From Eledone cirrhosa (lineage: Eukaryota): a stretch of 64,000 bases of DNA. The stretch's first letter is position 1. Every line of letters starts with the position of its first letter. The stretch is taken from positions 23,374,001 to 23,438,000 of the forward strand of contig OZ024751.1 in the NCBI GenBank assembly GCA_964016885.1. Direction: 5' to 3'. This document shows positions 45,526-62,775 of the stretch, piece after piece. A program made the translations under genes and the position numbers. A model generated the notes under the pieces. That model did no database searches. It saw only the letters and a list, made by a program, of their open reading frames with translations, and was not told the origin of the DNA.

Positions 45526-47414
45526 ACTGTATAGATATTTATGAATATATATGTACGCGTGTGTTTGTGTACGCGTTTGTATGTGTGAGCGAATGGTGTG
45601 TAAGTGTTTGTATGTGTGAGTGTTTGTATGTGTAAGTGAATGGTGTATGCATATATATTTACTTACACATTCTACGCCTCACTCTTTCCTTCTCCCTCTG
45701 TCTTATACACGCACACGTACATAAGTATTACAGCAGGAAGGCAACAACCATTTAAGCTCGACACCAACCAACAATTCACACATTCATTAACTTCACTTAC
45801 AATGATCAATCAATGAAACAAAGATGGCGTCAGTTAATGCTATCAGATCATATATAATATGTAATACACAGCGATATCTTTTATTTGCAAACAAACAGCT
45901 GTCTCATTCTTGGAATCGTTACTAATTATCATTGTAAAAGATTACCAAAGAATGCAACTGAATGATGTATTATTGTTTTGGACAAGCTAGCAATGTCTCA
46001 CATTGTATTATATGGAAGTAAAACAGTATTATACGACAGTCATTTCTCTCTATTATATTGAACAATGACTGTTACAGCAGAAACAGTGGGATGAGGAAAT
46101 TAACGCTGTTATACGCTAAAATTGGATGTTTTCTCTAAACATATATATTACCACAAACAAAAATTGTCTTTGATAATTTGGCTATATGGTAGTGGCACAT
46201 GAGCAAACAGAATGCATTGTACTGCATCGCAATAATGTATATAAATATATTTATAATAACAATGCCCAACAACAACCACAACAACAATAAAAACAACAAC
46301 AACAACCATTTCTACATCGTCACATCGGCCTCGTGATCAGCAAATGAACGAAATTCTATGTAGCAGCTGAAGCTTCTAGAAGTAACAGTTAAATCCCCCT
46401 CCTTTCTTATCATCTTTCGTCAACAATACAACAACCAGCGGTTTTGAACCATTTTTCCTGGGAAAGCAAAGTTTAGCTTTGTGAAAGATGAACATGGGAC
46501 TGAAAATTGTAAAACGGTGGTAAAGTTGACGCTACCTTGTTATAAAAAATACAAAATAGAAAAATAAAATAAAAGTACCGCGAAATTTCTATGATGATAC
46601 AAATGTCTTTCTATATGAAACGAAATGCTGCTTATTTGAAAAAATATATTTTATTCAGAAGACGAATAACAAGACTTGGATAAATCAAAACATTTCAATC
46701 AAATGTAAGCAATGAATCCTCCATGGACGATGTATTGCTGTCACTGATCAAAGCAGTGTCAATTGAGTAAACTTGATTGGAAATCACTATGACTTTGAAT
46801 GTCAGTTACACTGATTGTACTGGAATGTCAAACTAGAACTGGAAGCTTGTGTACAGTGTATAGTATATAGTACATACCTATAGATCAGTTAATTCTGAAG
46901 CTTTCCTCTGTCAACAACCGGATTATTATTCAGAATAACATCATTAGATTAGATAGAAGAAATTATGCTTTCATTGAACTTTCTATTGATGATATTATCT
47001 CCTGATCGTAAATCACAAAAGAAGCAAGCAGAATTTGAACTCGGAAAGTACACGGCTGATCTGTTCGATTACTACTAGAATCAATACGGATTTCCTCATA
47101 TTTACATCAAACTAATTCTTCATAAGATATGTACGGAATTGTGGTTGTGGCAAAAGTTATTTGCGGAGGATGGATTGGATCTTGTAATTTTGAAGCGAAT
47201 TTCATAAGCCTAAATCATCCATTCTCTGCATTTTCATTTAATCTATATATACACATATGCACACATATGCACACATATGCACACACACACACAAAAATAT
47301 GCACACACACACATACACACACACACATACACACACACACACAGAGACCCACCCACCCACACACACACAAACATAGTTACACACACACATATATATATAT
47401 CCTTTTTTATATTC

Positions 47415-48095
<681 letters not shown>

Positions 48096-48140
48096 ATAGA
48101 ATGCTGTTAGCTTCTCGCTAAAACAATCTCTATACCTCTC

Positions 48141-48712
<572 letters not shown>

Positions 48713-48721
48713 ATATATAGG

Positions 48722-48885
48722 GAAAAAGATGAAATCGAAAATGCAACTGGAGTCTTTTTTGTTATATATTTATTTGGTTCCTTTGCCGGTTTCGCAGTTC
48801 TTGTGCTTTTCAAAAGTAGAATTGAGTTGGAGGGTTTGTGGTTTTTCAAACCACAAACCCTCCATCTCAATTTTACTTTTAAACA
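48722..48885 (-). repeat. Family S degraded copy
   Basis: Homology to 32016-32148; TTGAAAA core retained, cleavage triplet mutated. Confidence 0.7.
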
Positions 48886-48945
48886 TATGTTGATTTAAAT
48901 CTTCACTATTCTCAAGTGTTTTTTAAGCTTCAAATCATGTATACC

Positions 48946-49016
48946 TATTTTATCTGACGAGAACGCAGATATCATCCCATGATGATATTTGTTTATGAAA
49001 TGCGCATAATAAAATA
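48946..49016 (+). ncRNA. Type I hammerhead ribozyme (F) within element ~48900-49148
   Basis: TATTTTAT CTGACGA GAACGCAGATATCATC-CCAT-GATGATATTTGTTTAT GAAA T GCGC ATA^ATAAAATA; perfect 8-bp stem I. Confidence 0.78.
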
Positions 49017-49142
49017 CTTGGAACTCTTTTAACCATCTTTTGATCTTATATTATTTACTGTATACTCCAGTCCTACAAAGTGTAGAGTGGTACTTATCCG
49101 ATATTTGCATTGCTTTATTGTGCTACAATAAAACTCACCTCC

Positions 49143-49188
<46 letters not shown>

Positions 49189-49694
49189 TGTATATATAAT
49201 TCAAAGTAACTTAAAAAGTATCCGATACTTGCAGCAAGAAACTATAGTCAATTATTCCTAACATCATAACATTCACAAAATTATAAAACAGGCTAATATT
49301 TAGTCCTGAAAAACATAAAACATGGTATCATGAGCATTTTGTAAGAAATTTAGATATCAATGATGTCGATGGCCTCAAGATACTATATATTGATCCATAG
49401 AATAGACAGCTTACAACTATTTAGTAAACTATTTCCTTTTCATATTCAAAAAAATTCTATAACTCAACGGAAGTCCGTTGCTGCAAGCTGTTTAGGCTAA
49501 ACTTATTAATATTAATATTTATATTAAAAGGAATGCAAACATAAATTTATTTTTTTTTAAATCGAAAGATATCATAGAAAAACCCCCATAAAAAGAAAGA
49601 TTATTGTATATATATATATATTATTATATATATATATATACACATATATATACATACATATGTATATATATATGTACATATACATATATATACA

Positions 49695-49873
<179 letters not shown>

Positions 49874-50009
49874 AGTTACATATATAGTTACATACATATA
49901 TATTGATTAGCAATCAGTATAGAAAATAATAGATCCGATGGAAATCATAGGTAAATAATATGTATGTATGTATAATTGTATGTATAATTGTATATATATA
50001 TATATATAC

Positions 50010-50127
<118 letters not shown>

Positions 50128-51584
50128 CCTCTGCGCAGAGGAGATATTCTTTATACTAAAATCTAAAAATTCCCTTAATCTACGGACAAATTTATTCAGT
50201 TGCTGCAAACATAGATTAAACTCAACTTTTAAATATAAATTTAAATTTAAAATGTAGTATATTTAGTTTGATTTATAATTATTTGGGAAACTAGCCGATA
50301 AATCTTTCGATTTCTTCTTTTTATTCTTCTTTTTATTTTTATTTTTATTTAAACATTCTTCATGAAAAATTAAACTACCCTAAAAGTTGATGCTCCAAAT
50401 ATTTCGAATAAACGTTACACTAGATAAACTTCTATATTAAATATAAGAACACATGTAGACCAAATGGGCATCCTAAACTTTTTGAAATGATTTTTGCTAG
50501 ATGCGATTTGATAAATAATTTTTAGCTTTATCTGTTTTCGACTCTGATGCTTATAATGAACTTGGCAATATATTGTCAATTAATTTTGAAGGCTTGATCT
50601 TTGTGGTTTATTTTTATTATTGTAGTATTTTCTAATATTTTTATTTTTAATATGTAATATTTTTAATATGTAATATTTTTTCGTAATATTTTTTTAGTTT
50701 TCTATTTTATTATTATTTATTACTATTATTATTGTTATTTTTTGGTTTTTGTTTCTGATATATTTTTTATTAATATATTGAAATCTGCTCTCTATTTCTG
50801 CTTGATAGATAATCTTGTAGAGTAAAGACAAGAATAGTAGTAATATAGACTCTATATATATATGTGTATATATATACACATATATGTATACTTAAATTTT
50901 TATAGCACAATGAGAATGTTTTCCGTGTGAACTTAGGGTTTGCAGAGTTGATCATGTAAATTCACATCGATGTTTGTAGTTATCATATAAACATATGAAT
51001 TTTTTAAAACTAAACATAAGATCATTACTTTTCACACATTATGGATACGTGTCTCATTCAGGAATACTGATATTTACAATATAGTGCCTGGTTTTTATAC
51101 ATACTAATACTTCTACATTAAAACATAGGGTTTTTATGCCTCGCCTATGTCTGGTTACTTTTCATTTTTCTCTCTATATAACAGCTGGTTTCTCTCCTAA
51201 CCACATATATCTCCCTTACATTAATACTAGAGCTAAATAAATAAATAAATAAATAAATGTATCATTGATACGTTTACTCAACGGATGTCCAACTACCTAT
51301 TTTTCTATATATATATCTATCTCTATCTATTTCCTCTCTCTATATATATATCTCTCTGTTTCTTTACATGAAGTTCTTCTCTTTATCTATCTTTCCATCT
51401 CTCTATTTTGTTCCATGCATTTCTTCTTTTTCTTCTTTTTCTTCGTTTTCTGTCTTTCTTTCCTTTTTTTTCTCTCTTTCTTTCTTTCTGTTTACAATTT
51501 TTTCACTGCCAATTCAACTTTTCAAATACAAGTCGATGTTGTACGGTATGTCAAATCTATTTATCTATAAAACTGTTTATATTG

Positions 51585-51650
51585 TATTTTGTCTGAGGAA
51601 GGCATAGCATATTGTTAATATGATATCCCTGAAATATATATAATGAAATA
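51585..51650 (+). ncRNA. Minimal type I hammerhead ribozyme (B2) within element ~51480-51782
   Basis: TATTTTGT CTGAGGA AGGCATAGCATATT..AATATGATATCCCT GAAA T ATAT ATA ATGAAATA. Confidence 0.8.
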
Positions 51651-51777
51651 AATATGGTTTTATAAATATAGTTTCCATTTATTTAATATCGTAAATATAC
51701 TCCAAATACTTGTCGAGTGCTTTTATATCAGTTATAAATATTTACTAGTTGTAACCCAACAATTTAAATATAACTTT

Positions 51778-51858
<81 letters not shown>

Positions 51859-52699
51859 TTTATAATAGCGAAAACAAACACTTTATATTCTATGTAATTG
51901 CTGATTAAAAAGGGATAGGCAAATATAACAAAACACATTTAGAGTTGTTTACCATAATATTTCATTCTTAATGATACAAAAACAAAATCAACAACAACAA
52001 AGATTTATACATTTGATTTTCCCATTCGCTTAGATGTTTAACAAAATGGTATTATTCATTTTAACGATGTCTTAAACTAGATATATTTTTAAACAACAAA
52101 GTTCAAATATTTCTTATATCCTTTTTCAGAAAGCCACATATAACTGGAAAGATTATTTCAGTAAATTAAAATAACATAACAAGCTAATGATGAAGACAAT
52201 TAAATAAATGAATACTTGACACAACGTCATCTACTATTGCTTTGAAGATAGACTAACACTATTTGAGCCCCAGACTCTGCTGGCTCCGGCTGGCAGTATC
52301 TGAAATGGGCCACACCCCAGGGTTACGGATAGGCACCACATGAATTCGTAACGCTAGCTTTGTTTTCAGTCTGTTACGAAGAGAGGGATGAAGGAGCGAG
52401 AGAGTAGCAACCTTATCGCCAGTAATCAAAATTGGTTGAGAAGCAACGAGCAGATAACTGGCATGGTAGCAGGCCCGTTAGAAAGTGTTCAACCATGGAT
52501 AGGGCTTTCGTCACCCAATGTTCCATGTGAAGTAAAAGGAACAAAGGAATAAGAAAATCAGTCGATAAGTAGATAGTTTGAGTCTCACCAGGGGTTCTTT
52601 GTTTGTGTGAATGATTCAAACTTTTAGGTTTTTAAGACTGAGTCAACTTTATTTTAGTTAAGCACGGTAAAACTCCATTAAAGTTAAGCTTTAAAGTAT

Positions 52700-53075
52700 A
52701 ATTGTTTCTACATTTGGCACAAGGCCAGCAATTATCTCAGTGTATTACTGGTACTTTATTTTATCGACCCCGTAAGGATGAAAGGCAAAGTTAACCTCGG
52801 CGGGATTTGAACTCAGACCATAGAGGACCGTAACTCTTTGCTGCAAAGCATGGCTTCCGACCCTCTACCGATATTGCCAAACCACCTAAAATATAATTGT
52901 TTATACTATTGGCACAAGGCCAGCAAATACCACAGTACATTACTGGTACTTTATTTTATCTACCCCGTAAGGATGAAAGGCAAAGTGAACCTCGGCGGGA
53001 TTTGAACTTACACCATAAAGGGGCGTAACTCTATGCTGCAAAGCATGGCGTCAGACCTTCTGCTGATACTGCCAC
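52700..53075 (-). mobile_element. Two tandem SINE copies (~52700-52887, 52900-53075)
   Basis: Reverse complement of the SINE consensus. Confidence 0.85.
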
Positions 53076-53424
53076 CTAAAATATAATGCTCTGTGGATCA
53101 GTATATTTACTAATTTGAAACTTAGTTTTAGCGGCCTCAATTTTTATTTTATCATTTGCTGATCTACACAGACACAAATACACACACATGCAAACACACA
53201 CAGACACACATAGACACACTCACATATAAACACAAAGTCTCTCATACACATACATACAGACATACAGACATACACACTCACACACGCACGCTGATGATTG
53301 GCCATTTAATCGTGAACCTTTACAACTGTTCATATGGGTATTGTTGAACAAAACTAATTTCACAATAAATATATACATCTAAACATTTTTATGGGTATGT
53401 ATATCTTTCACTAACATTATTTTT

Positions 53425-53808
53425 ATCGGTAGAGAGTCGGACGCCATGCTTTGAAGCATAGAGTTACCTCCCTTTATGATCTGAGTTCAAATCCCGCCGA
53501 GGTTAACTTTGCCTTTCATCCTTACGGGGTCGATAAAATAAAGTACCAGTAATGCACTGGGAGAATTGCTGGCCTTGTGCCAAAAGTAGAAACAATTATT
53601 TTCTTGTCGGACGCCATGCTTTGCAGCATAGAGTTACGACCCTTTATGATCTGAGTTCAAATCCCGCCGAGGTTAACTTTGCCTTTCGTCCTTGCGGGGT
53701 CGATAGAATAAAGTACCAATCATGCACTGGCGTCAATTTAATCGACTTTCCGCCCCCCCCCCCCAAAAAAAAAATTGCTAGCCTTGTGCCTATATAAGAA
53801 ACCATTAT
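53425..53808 (+). mobile_element. Two tandem SINE copies (~53425-53600, 53605-53808)
   Basis: SINE consensus with B box GAGTTCAAATCC. Confidence 0.85.
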
Positions 53809-54037
53809 TTTCTTAAGTTTCCGTTCTTTGTTTTTCAAATATTTACTATATATTATAATCTTTATAATCTTAAAATGTTCAGATAGATTGGTTCATCATA
53901 CGAGAAAAATTCAAATAAGAAACGATTATTTTCTTAAGTTTGCGTTCTTTGTTTTTCAAATATTTACTATATATTATAATCTTTATAACCTTAAAATGTT
54001 CAGATAGATTGGTTCATCATACGAGAAAAATTCAAAT
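53804..54037. repeat. 120-bp period tandem duplication
   Basis: ATTATTTTCTTAAGTTT..GAGAAAAATTCAAAT occurs twice. Confidence 0.9.
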
Positions 54038-54039
54038 TT

Positions 54040-54180
54040 CGGAAAATATAAAATAAAGCTTAATTGCAAAAGGTTTTGAGCTATCAGAGGAAAACTAACA
54101 TCATATTTGAATTCAGCACACTTATATTAGGTAACATCAAGTGTCAGTATCAATGCACCAAAAATATTGTTGAGCAGTGT
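54040..54180. mobile_element. Possible DNA transposon terminus (Chapaev/Transib-like CACTG end)
   Basis: Ends ..AATATTGTTGAGCAGTG; resemblance from memory only, and no partner TIR was seen. Confidence 0.3.
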
Positions 54181-54361
54181 TATTGTCCCACTGACAATGC
54201 AAAATATGTCTGTTGGTATGATTGGACTAAAAGAGCATTAACATTTAATACGAAAAAAAAAACAAAAAAAAACATATTAAAAAACCTCTAGTTGTATATC
54301 TTCATTGTTGTGTAACATATTCCTTAAGATCTAATAACGATATCAAATTCTCTCTCTCTCT

Positions 54362-54410
<49 letters not shown>

Positions 54411-54437
54411 ATGTATTCATATATGTGTGTATGTATA

Positions 54438-54536
<99 letters not shown>

Positions 54537-54596
54537 GTTAAAATACTGGAGCGTGTTGGAGTTAAACACCCTCTTCGTATTATAGAAATGACAGTA

Positions 54597-54630
<34 letters not shown>

Positions 54631-54659
54631 TATAATATCTATTCATGTGTATATATACA

Positions 54660-54774
<115 letters not shown>

Positions 54775-54937
54775 ATACGTATATATATGGATATATGTAT
54801 ATGTGCGTATGTGTATATATATATGTATGTATATATAGGTATATATATATGTATATGTCTGATTAGGTATGTATGCGTGTGTTTTAGAGAGAGAGAGAGA
54901 GAGTGAGAGAGAGAGAGAGAGAGACAGAGAAAGAGAT

Positions 54938-55011
<74 letters not shown>

Positions 55012-55159
55012 TCCACGTGAGTGTATGTATAGTTAAACACACAAACACATACACACATACATAATACATGAATATCTATACATACATGCATATAGATACA
55101 TATCTATACATACATGCATATACGGATATACATGCATGCATATACAGACCTACACACAA

Positions 55160-55197
<38 letters not shown>

Positions 55198-57547
55198 GCA
55201 GATACACATGTAATATGTCTAGGGATTCTGTGACAGCCTAATAGCTATTGATAAAGACTTTTGCACTATACTAGAAATAGTTATTATTAAAGATTTTCTT
55301 TCCACTGCTCAGTTGGAAGATTTACATAGAAACGCTTCAATAGTTAATAATACAGGCATAGAATGATAACATATATATATTACGAAAGCCATAAAGCATT
55401 TCTTATTGATAGATTTCGGTTTATGTGGAAGCAATATCTACATTAAGAACAGCATATAGCAAATATTTAGATAATATTACTGACAACTAATATAAAACCG
55501 AAATAGAAATATAGGTTTACAGACCTATGAGATTAAACCAATTGGATGCATATGTTTGATATAAATTATCCTTGGTATAGTAAACTAGGGAAAATGCTAA
55601 ATGAGATATCTAATCTCTGGAGTATATTTATGTATATGCTTGTGACATAACGTTAATCCAGTGTCCACAAATATTATACGGTTTTAATAGAAAGTGATAA
55701 AATGTTAGTAAGAAGAGCTTTTATGTACGAAATATGTTACCAGCATCCGATCGTATTTCAATGGCTGTTTTGAAAATAAGTTTGAATATGTTAGCTGGTT
55801 GTATGGCCACGCAGTCTTAAGGTGTAATTTACTCAACCAAGGATAACAAGAATTTCGAATATCATTTCTGACTAAAGTTTTAATGGCGATGCCCCACCAT
55901 GGTCACAGCCGATGGATTTGGACAAGAAAAAAAAGCAACTTTATATTAATTAGATTGAATACAAAAACATATTGTCGTCGGCGACTAAACCCGCAACCCC
56001 ACCAAGTTTACTTGGTGAGGAGTGTCATTTTGGACACCCTGCAGGACAAAAAACAAAACCTGACAAAGGGCGGAAGAACTCATAAAAGTCAACGGCCATC
56101 TAAAAAAAAAAATCCTTCCAAATCAATGGGTGGCAGTAGTTCTAGCTGCACGCATCGAAAGACTGGTGTAGTGGTTCTGAGAATAATGCGGCTTTGCAGA
56201 TGATCAATGCAAATTGACAATGGAAAGGCGCTCCCGCTCGAGTTAGAAGAGAACTATTGACCTTCAGGAAAAGCAGTGACCTCTGATTGTATTTAGCAGC
56301 CGAAACAAATATGAAGTTCACCAAATCCAATGCTCCTAGGGGCGGCCCTGGTTCTTCTTATTTGCGAGTGTAAACTCGGCCAGATTAGATTAGATAGACA
56401 AAAACACATCAATAAGAGTTTAGAAGCGGATCATGTACTTCATAATAACGATTTTGGAAGGCGCTTCTTTATTATTCGATGGTACATGGCTATTTTCTGA
56501 TGGGGCTTATTTCCATACAATAGGGTTTTAATAAATCGTATTTTCTATTTATATCCTGTTCTCGTGTTTAATTATGTATCGTTTGTATCATTTGGCCATG
56601 AAGCAAGTTTTCCTGTTGATGTGGTACCTGACATTACCGTTAAATAAAATGTTTTCTAATTCACATTTGAGTGTAAGTATACGCACGCAAACAGGATAAT
56701 GGATGTTTAATTTTAACTCGGAAATGTGAAATATAAGAAATATGATCTGATAGCAGACAACTCACTGATATGTCGCAAATCACAAGCAGACGATCACTCA
56801 CCTGAACCAATTCTTATCTCCCTTCTCACCATAACACGCCAACGGTACATCATCATTAGTTATATCTCACTTTACCGTTGATTGTCGACAGAGGTGATGA
56901 AGCAAATATTTAACAACGCCAGTGTCATTTACGAGCTCACATAACTCTGGCACTGAATTTGTTATCCCTTTTCCATGGTCAATAAGATATTCCAGACACA
57001 TAGTGTGTCACACTGACTCGGCTTTGGAATTACACCAAGAATATACTTGTATAAGGAAGGCTCAACGATCACTTTAAACTTTACTTCACTAGTTGGAGGT
57101 TCAGTTGATCCGAAAACTGATTGCTCACCGTCGAAACTGATATATAACCCATAATCACCAATATTATAAAATTAAAGAACCCCTTTAAGATGTTAAGACT
57201 GTTATTTACTATTCTGCTGTCAGCTAAGTCACCAGATATAAATAAAATTCCAGCTTCTTATTTCATAAGTTTAAAAAAAAAATTTTCCACACTTTTGTAA
57301 AACGAAAAAAAAAAAAAAAAAAAAAAAGAATAAAAACCGTTCACAAAAACTTGCATAAATTCAATTTATTTACGTTTTTCGTAATATCAAATACACGTAA
57401 GACGAAGTATCTATCTGCCCTTTAGCATGCTGATGCATGCTTTTAAAAGAAAATTACTTTCATGTTTTATTTTTGCAGATTATAATTTTCGAAAGCTGAT
57501 TAAATTATTTATGATCAGTCAGTACATAACACAATATATATACAGTA

Positions 57548-57735
57548 TAATTGTTTCTGTTTTTTGGCACAAGGCCAGCAATTACCCAGTGCATTACTGG
57601 TACTTTATTTTATCGACCCCATAAGGATGAAAGGCAAAGTTAACCCCGGCGGGATTTGAACTCAGAATGGTGATTGCCGTAACTCTATGCGTCAAAGCAT
57701 AGCCTCCGACCCTCTATAGATACTGCCAATCCACC
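57548..57735 (-). mobile_element. tRNA-derived SINE
   Basis: Reverse complement of the full SINE. Confidence 0.85.
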
Positions 57736-58093
57736 AGTATAATGTAAATCAATTTGACATAGAGTAGTTCTGAATATACTTCGTTAACAAAATTTGTAGC
57801 ATAGATTCATTACTTCAAACTGGTTAATACATTAAACTTATGCTGTCTATTTTCAGATAAGTTACTATTACTATTAATATTATTAACATTTTTTTCTTGT
57901 TCATGCACAGTCATACAATAATTCATTATCTAGTATTAAATAACATTTTGTGAAACAAAAACCCACGAGCTGAATATGCAAATATTTCCTATTACTGTTA
58001 ATCACATTTGTGCTTGATCAATAATTTACAATAAACGCTAATCTAGGAACAATATTATTTAATGAAACATTTATATTAAAACATGTATACCCA

Positions 58094-58196
<103 letters not shown>

Positions 58197-58242
58197 ATAT
58201 ATATAAATATATATATAGCATATACATAATATATATATATAC

Positions 58243-58295
<53 letters not shown>

Positions 58296-58329
58296 TATAT
58301 ATATATAGCATATACATAATATATATATA

Positions 58330-58366
<37 letters not shown>

Positions 58367-58490
58367 TATATATATACCATATATAAATAACATATATTTA
58401 CCATATGTATCACATATAAATAATATTCATGTGTATATAATATACATGTAAACATACATATACAAATTGTATATATATAGCATATATATA

Positions 58491-58559
<69 letters not shown>

Positions 58560-58852
58560 GCACATATATATAACGCATTATGTAAAACATTGTATATTCA
58601 AAGAGATTAGAATGAATTTAAAATAGTAATTAGTCATAGAAGCTTCAAGGTGTATTTTTTCCATATACATGATGGAATTTAGTTTATTTTAAACAATAAA
58701 ATGAATTTTATTATAATAGTATATATATAAACAGACAACACCAAGTATATATATATATATAATAGTTTGTCTTTCGCAAATATCGTTGCACGTAATTGGT
58801 ATCGACTAGAAATTATTTTAGATGAATAATTTAATCATAGTAGCTATTTCAA

Positions 58853-59020
<168 letters not shown>

Positions 59021-59046
59021 GTATATATATATATATATATATATAC

Positions 59047-59109
<63 letters not shown>

Positions 59110-59122
59110 CATATATATATAT

Positions 59123-59156
<34 letters not shown>

Positions 59157-59228
59157 GTAAAAGGTAAACAGAAATAACAACGTATATATGTATGTATGTA
59201 CGTATATACATTTACACACACACATACG

Positions 59229-59262
<34 letters not shown>

Positions 59263-60509
59263 AATATATACGTATGAATGTGTGCCTGGATGTGTGTATG
59301 CAACTAAAATTAATGTAAAATTGCTTTAAAATAATAACAATAACGATAATATTAACATTCGTATTAAATTACTAAAATCTAGAGAATATAGCTTCGAGGG
59401 TTATGTCTATATATTGAAAGATGTTCTTTGGATATTCAACGTGGTTGATATTTAATTTGTTGTTCATTCTACCGCATAAACAAACTTGGTAAATATTTAG
59501 GAAAATATTTCTAAAGAATCTCGAAATCAGACTGCTACATTGTCTTCAATATATGACAACCAGAGTTTATTTATCTCAAACATTTTCCATCGATATAAAA
59601 TCGATATATCAACCAATATTCATGGATTTCAACATATTTTGAGAAAGTAGTTCATAGATTATAATGGAATGCTTCACTGTTTTGCTTTTGTTTGATTGTA
59701 TTTTTTCTATATCTTGTTTTATTGCGATATACACCGGGCTATGGCCCTTTAACTCTTGCTGGAGTCAACATGGTGACGTAGAGATATATAGCGTGTCTTG
59801 GACTTTTAAATCTTGTAAAGCCTATTCTCACTTTTGTTTAATTGCGATCTTGCATTGCGGAGTAGCTTCTTATCACGTATGGAGCCTGTCAACCTCGGCA
59901 TGGGTGATGGCAATAGCTCTCACCGTTTAAATGTTTTCCCTTTCGAGAAAGGTGAGTGTGTGCGTGATAAACGTCTAATTTGGAACGCTAAGTGCTGCGG
60001 CATGGTCTCAACTATGTCGCTTTGCACAAAAACCTAGGCGCTCTGACACCCAAAACGCAGAGGAGTGGAAGAATGCAAAATATTGCGACTTGACTAACCC
60101 CTTTCTTTTCGTGTCGTTCGCCGTCGAGACTGTTTATATCCTCGGCTCTCGAACGTCCGTTTGTCTACGCAAAATTGGGAAGCGTGCATCCCGACTGAAA
60201 AAGGAGCCCTGTAAGGGTAAGTGGCTGATGCAGTGGGCGTCGTTGGTCGTTTTCGCGGCAATACATTTGCCATTTTGTCCGTGGAACGCAGCAGAGATAT
60301 ACCTCATAAACTGGGGTGTACCATCTGTCCTTTCGTTTCCTTTCTTTTATTACAAACATAATGAAATTTAATTGAAATTCTTTGAATAAAAATATTTGTT
60401 TCCATTGCGTTCTATGATTATAAGGCCCCATTGTGAAGTTTGTATGAAATATTCTCTGAAGTGGATGAAAATTAAATTGTCGGAATATATTGGGATCGAT
60501 TCCATTGGT

Positions 60510-60800
60510 ACTCTCTTAGATAACTTGCTATTCTAGAATCCTTACCTTTCCTCATCCTCACCAGAATATGATGGCGCAATGCTGTTAGCTGAAAAGTTTG
60601 ACTATATAGTTTTATAGAATCTTGACAGTTCCTTTATATATATTTTCTTGTTTGGCATCTTATTTTGTTTTTAGCCTTGATACTCTCTTAGATAATTTGC
60701 CATTCTAGCACCTCTGCCTTTCCACATCTTCATCAGAAAATGATGGGGCAATGCGGCTGGCTGAGAAGTTTGATTATATTGCTATAGAACCTTGACAGTC
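60510..60800. repeat. Diverged direct duplication (~60510-60630 vs 60683-60800)
   Basis: TACTCTCTTAGATAA..TGATGG..CAATGC..GCTGA.AAGTTTGA..CTTGACAGT occurs twice. Confidence 0.75.
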
Positions 60801-61080
60801 CCGTAGACCAAACAACGTTATGGCCTACTCCAGATCCTGTGTTGAATGTGACTAAAAGTATCCTGCCTGTTTCAATATGTACATTGACATTTCCTGGATA
60901 TAGAATTTAGTAAATGAGGTGTTGTCTGCCATCACATAAATGTGTAAAAGTAATTTCTTTTTTAGTCTAGTAATGTCCAACCTTTCTTTCACGAATTGAA
61001 CACATGTAAAACTGCTCCTTTTAATTAAATGTACTTGTTTATATTTTCATTTCCTGCGTGTATCTGGGTCTGTCGGTGTA

Positions 61081-61116
<36 letters not shown>

Positions 61117-62379
61117 TATGTGTGTATACATTTGCAGGTATTGTTGTTGTTGTTGTTGTTGCCAATAAAATAGTGAGAAATATTCGTAGTGTTGTCAATG
61201 TCAATGAAAACGTAATTAATTTTCTCTTTTCGGTTATGTTTAAAACGTGTGTATGTGTGTGTCTTGGCGACGTGAAACATTTTCTGGTTCAACCTTTGTT
61301 TAGTCTGAGTGTTGTAATCTTGATAAATGAAATCTAAACTGTTTTCATATAACAGAAAATAGAAATTATAAAATGAATACAGAGATGATTGGTAATCATA
61401 TAGTTTTCTTTAGCGAGTAAGATCGAAGCCAAATACATTACAATAATATACATACGACAGTGAACCTAATAATGTTCATACTAACTTTTTCCGAATTGAA
61501 TACAATGACCAATGGCATAGTGATTAATTCCTGCCAACAAATCTCATAATTCATTTTTCGCCTCGTCTCACCTGAACATGTTTTTCGTATTCAGTGACCT
61601 TATACAATGGATTGTCATTCGTATTTGATGATATGCAGTAATAATATTATCAAATAAAAGAATGGTTCAACGTGACTTCACGTAAGCTCTTGCGTTATTT
61701 TTATATATAAGACGAAGTTGAATAATTTTTATAAAGTTACTCTACATCGCCATGGCAGTAAATTAAATCAACTGAAGAAGAAACTTGCCAGAAAAATTTC
61801 TACATGGAATCGAACAACTCACAAAACATTTCCGATTAAAACAACAACCACAACAAGAAACACAGAAGAAATCAATAAATATAGATTATTCATTAACTTC
61901 TGGTCAATGTACATATATCGAAGGAACAAATTATGTTTTGATAACATAATTTGACATGCGGATGACAAGCGCAAAATATAGCATGTACTACTAAATCCTC
62001 ATTAGCTCGAGATAACTTTAGCTCGAGATAACTGTTTTCTTATACCCAATTCCCTATCCACTCAACGAAAACGTATGAGGACGTAAAAGCTTATTGTATT
62101 TCAAGACATTTGTTCAAACACTTTTTCTCTCTTTAGACAGTATAAATTGCCTCACGCGAGAAAGTTTAACACTTTTAATGTCAAACCACCGAAAATTACC
62201 CTTCGTTTCACGATAAAAAAAATCTTTGGTAAAATATATTCTAAACAACAGCCTGATAATAAGAAAGTTAGTTACATTGCTATGTATTTATATATGGTCC
62301 CGTAACTCCTGATAGAGTCGTAGGGGCTTCGTATTGACATACGGCGTTTCTTTGAAATTTTAGGCCTTGCGGAGCCCAT

Positions 62380-62600
62380 CACTCTCCAGACCTGAGTACA
62401 GCAGATTTCTTCCAGAGAAAGATAGAAAGTGAGAGAGAGAAAATGAGAAAAAGAGATAAGAGGTAGAATCGACCCCAGTACTAGACTGGTACTTTTTTTA
62501 TCGACCTCGAAAGGATGAAAGGCAAAGTTGACCTCGGCGGGATTTGAACTCTGAGAGCAGAGAACCGAAGCGAGTATCATAAAGCATTCTATCCGACGTT
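62380..62600 (-). mobile_element. SINE subfamily copy with 3' extension
   Basis: GATGAAAGGCAAAGTTGACCTCGGCGGGATTTGAACTC; extension shared with 15240-15475. Confidence 0.75.
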
Positions 62601-62604
62601 CTAT

Positions 62605-62775
62605 AATATTACTATATACGATGATATTACTATAACGTATGTATTACTATATACCTATATATTACTATATACGATGATATTACTATAACGTATGTATTAC
62701 TATATACCTATATATTACTATATACGTATATATTACTATATACGATTTCCACCTATAATATTATTATACTATATA
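62605..62775. repeat. Short-period AT-rich tandem repeat
   Basis: Recurring TATTACTATA units. Confidence 0.8.
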
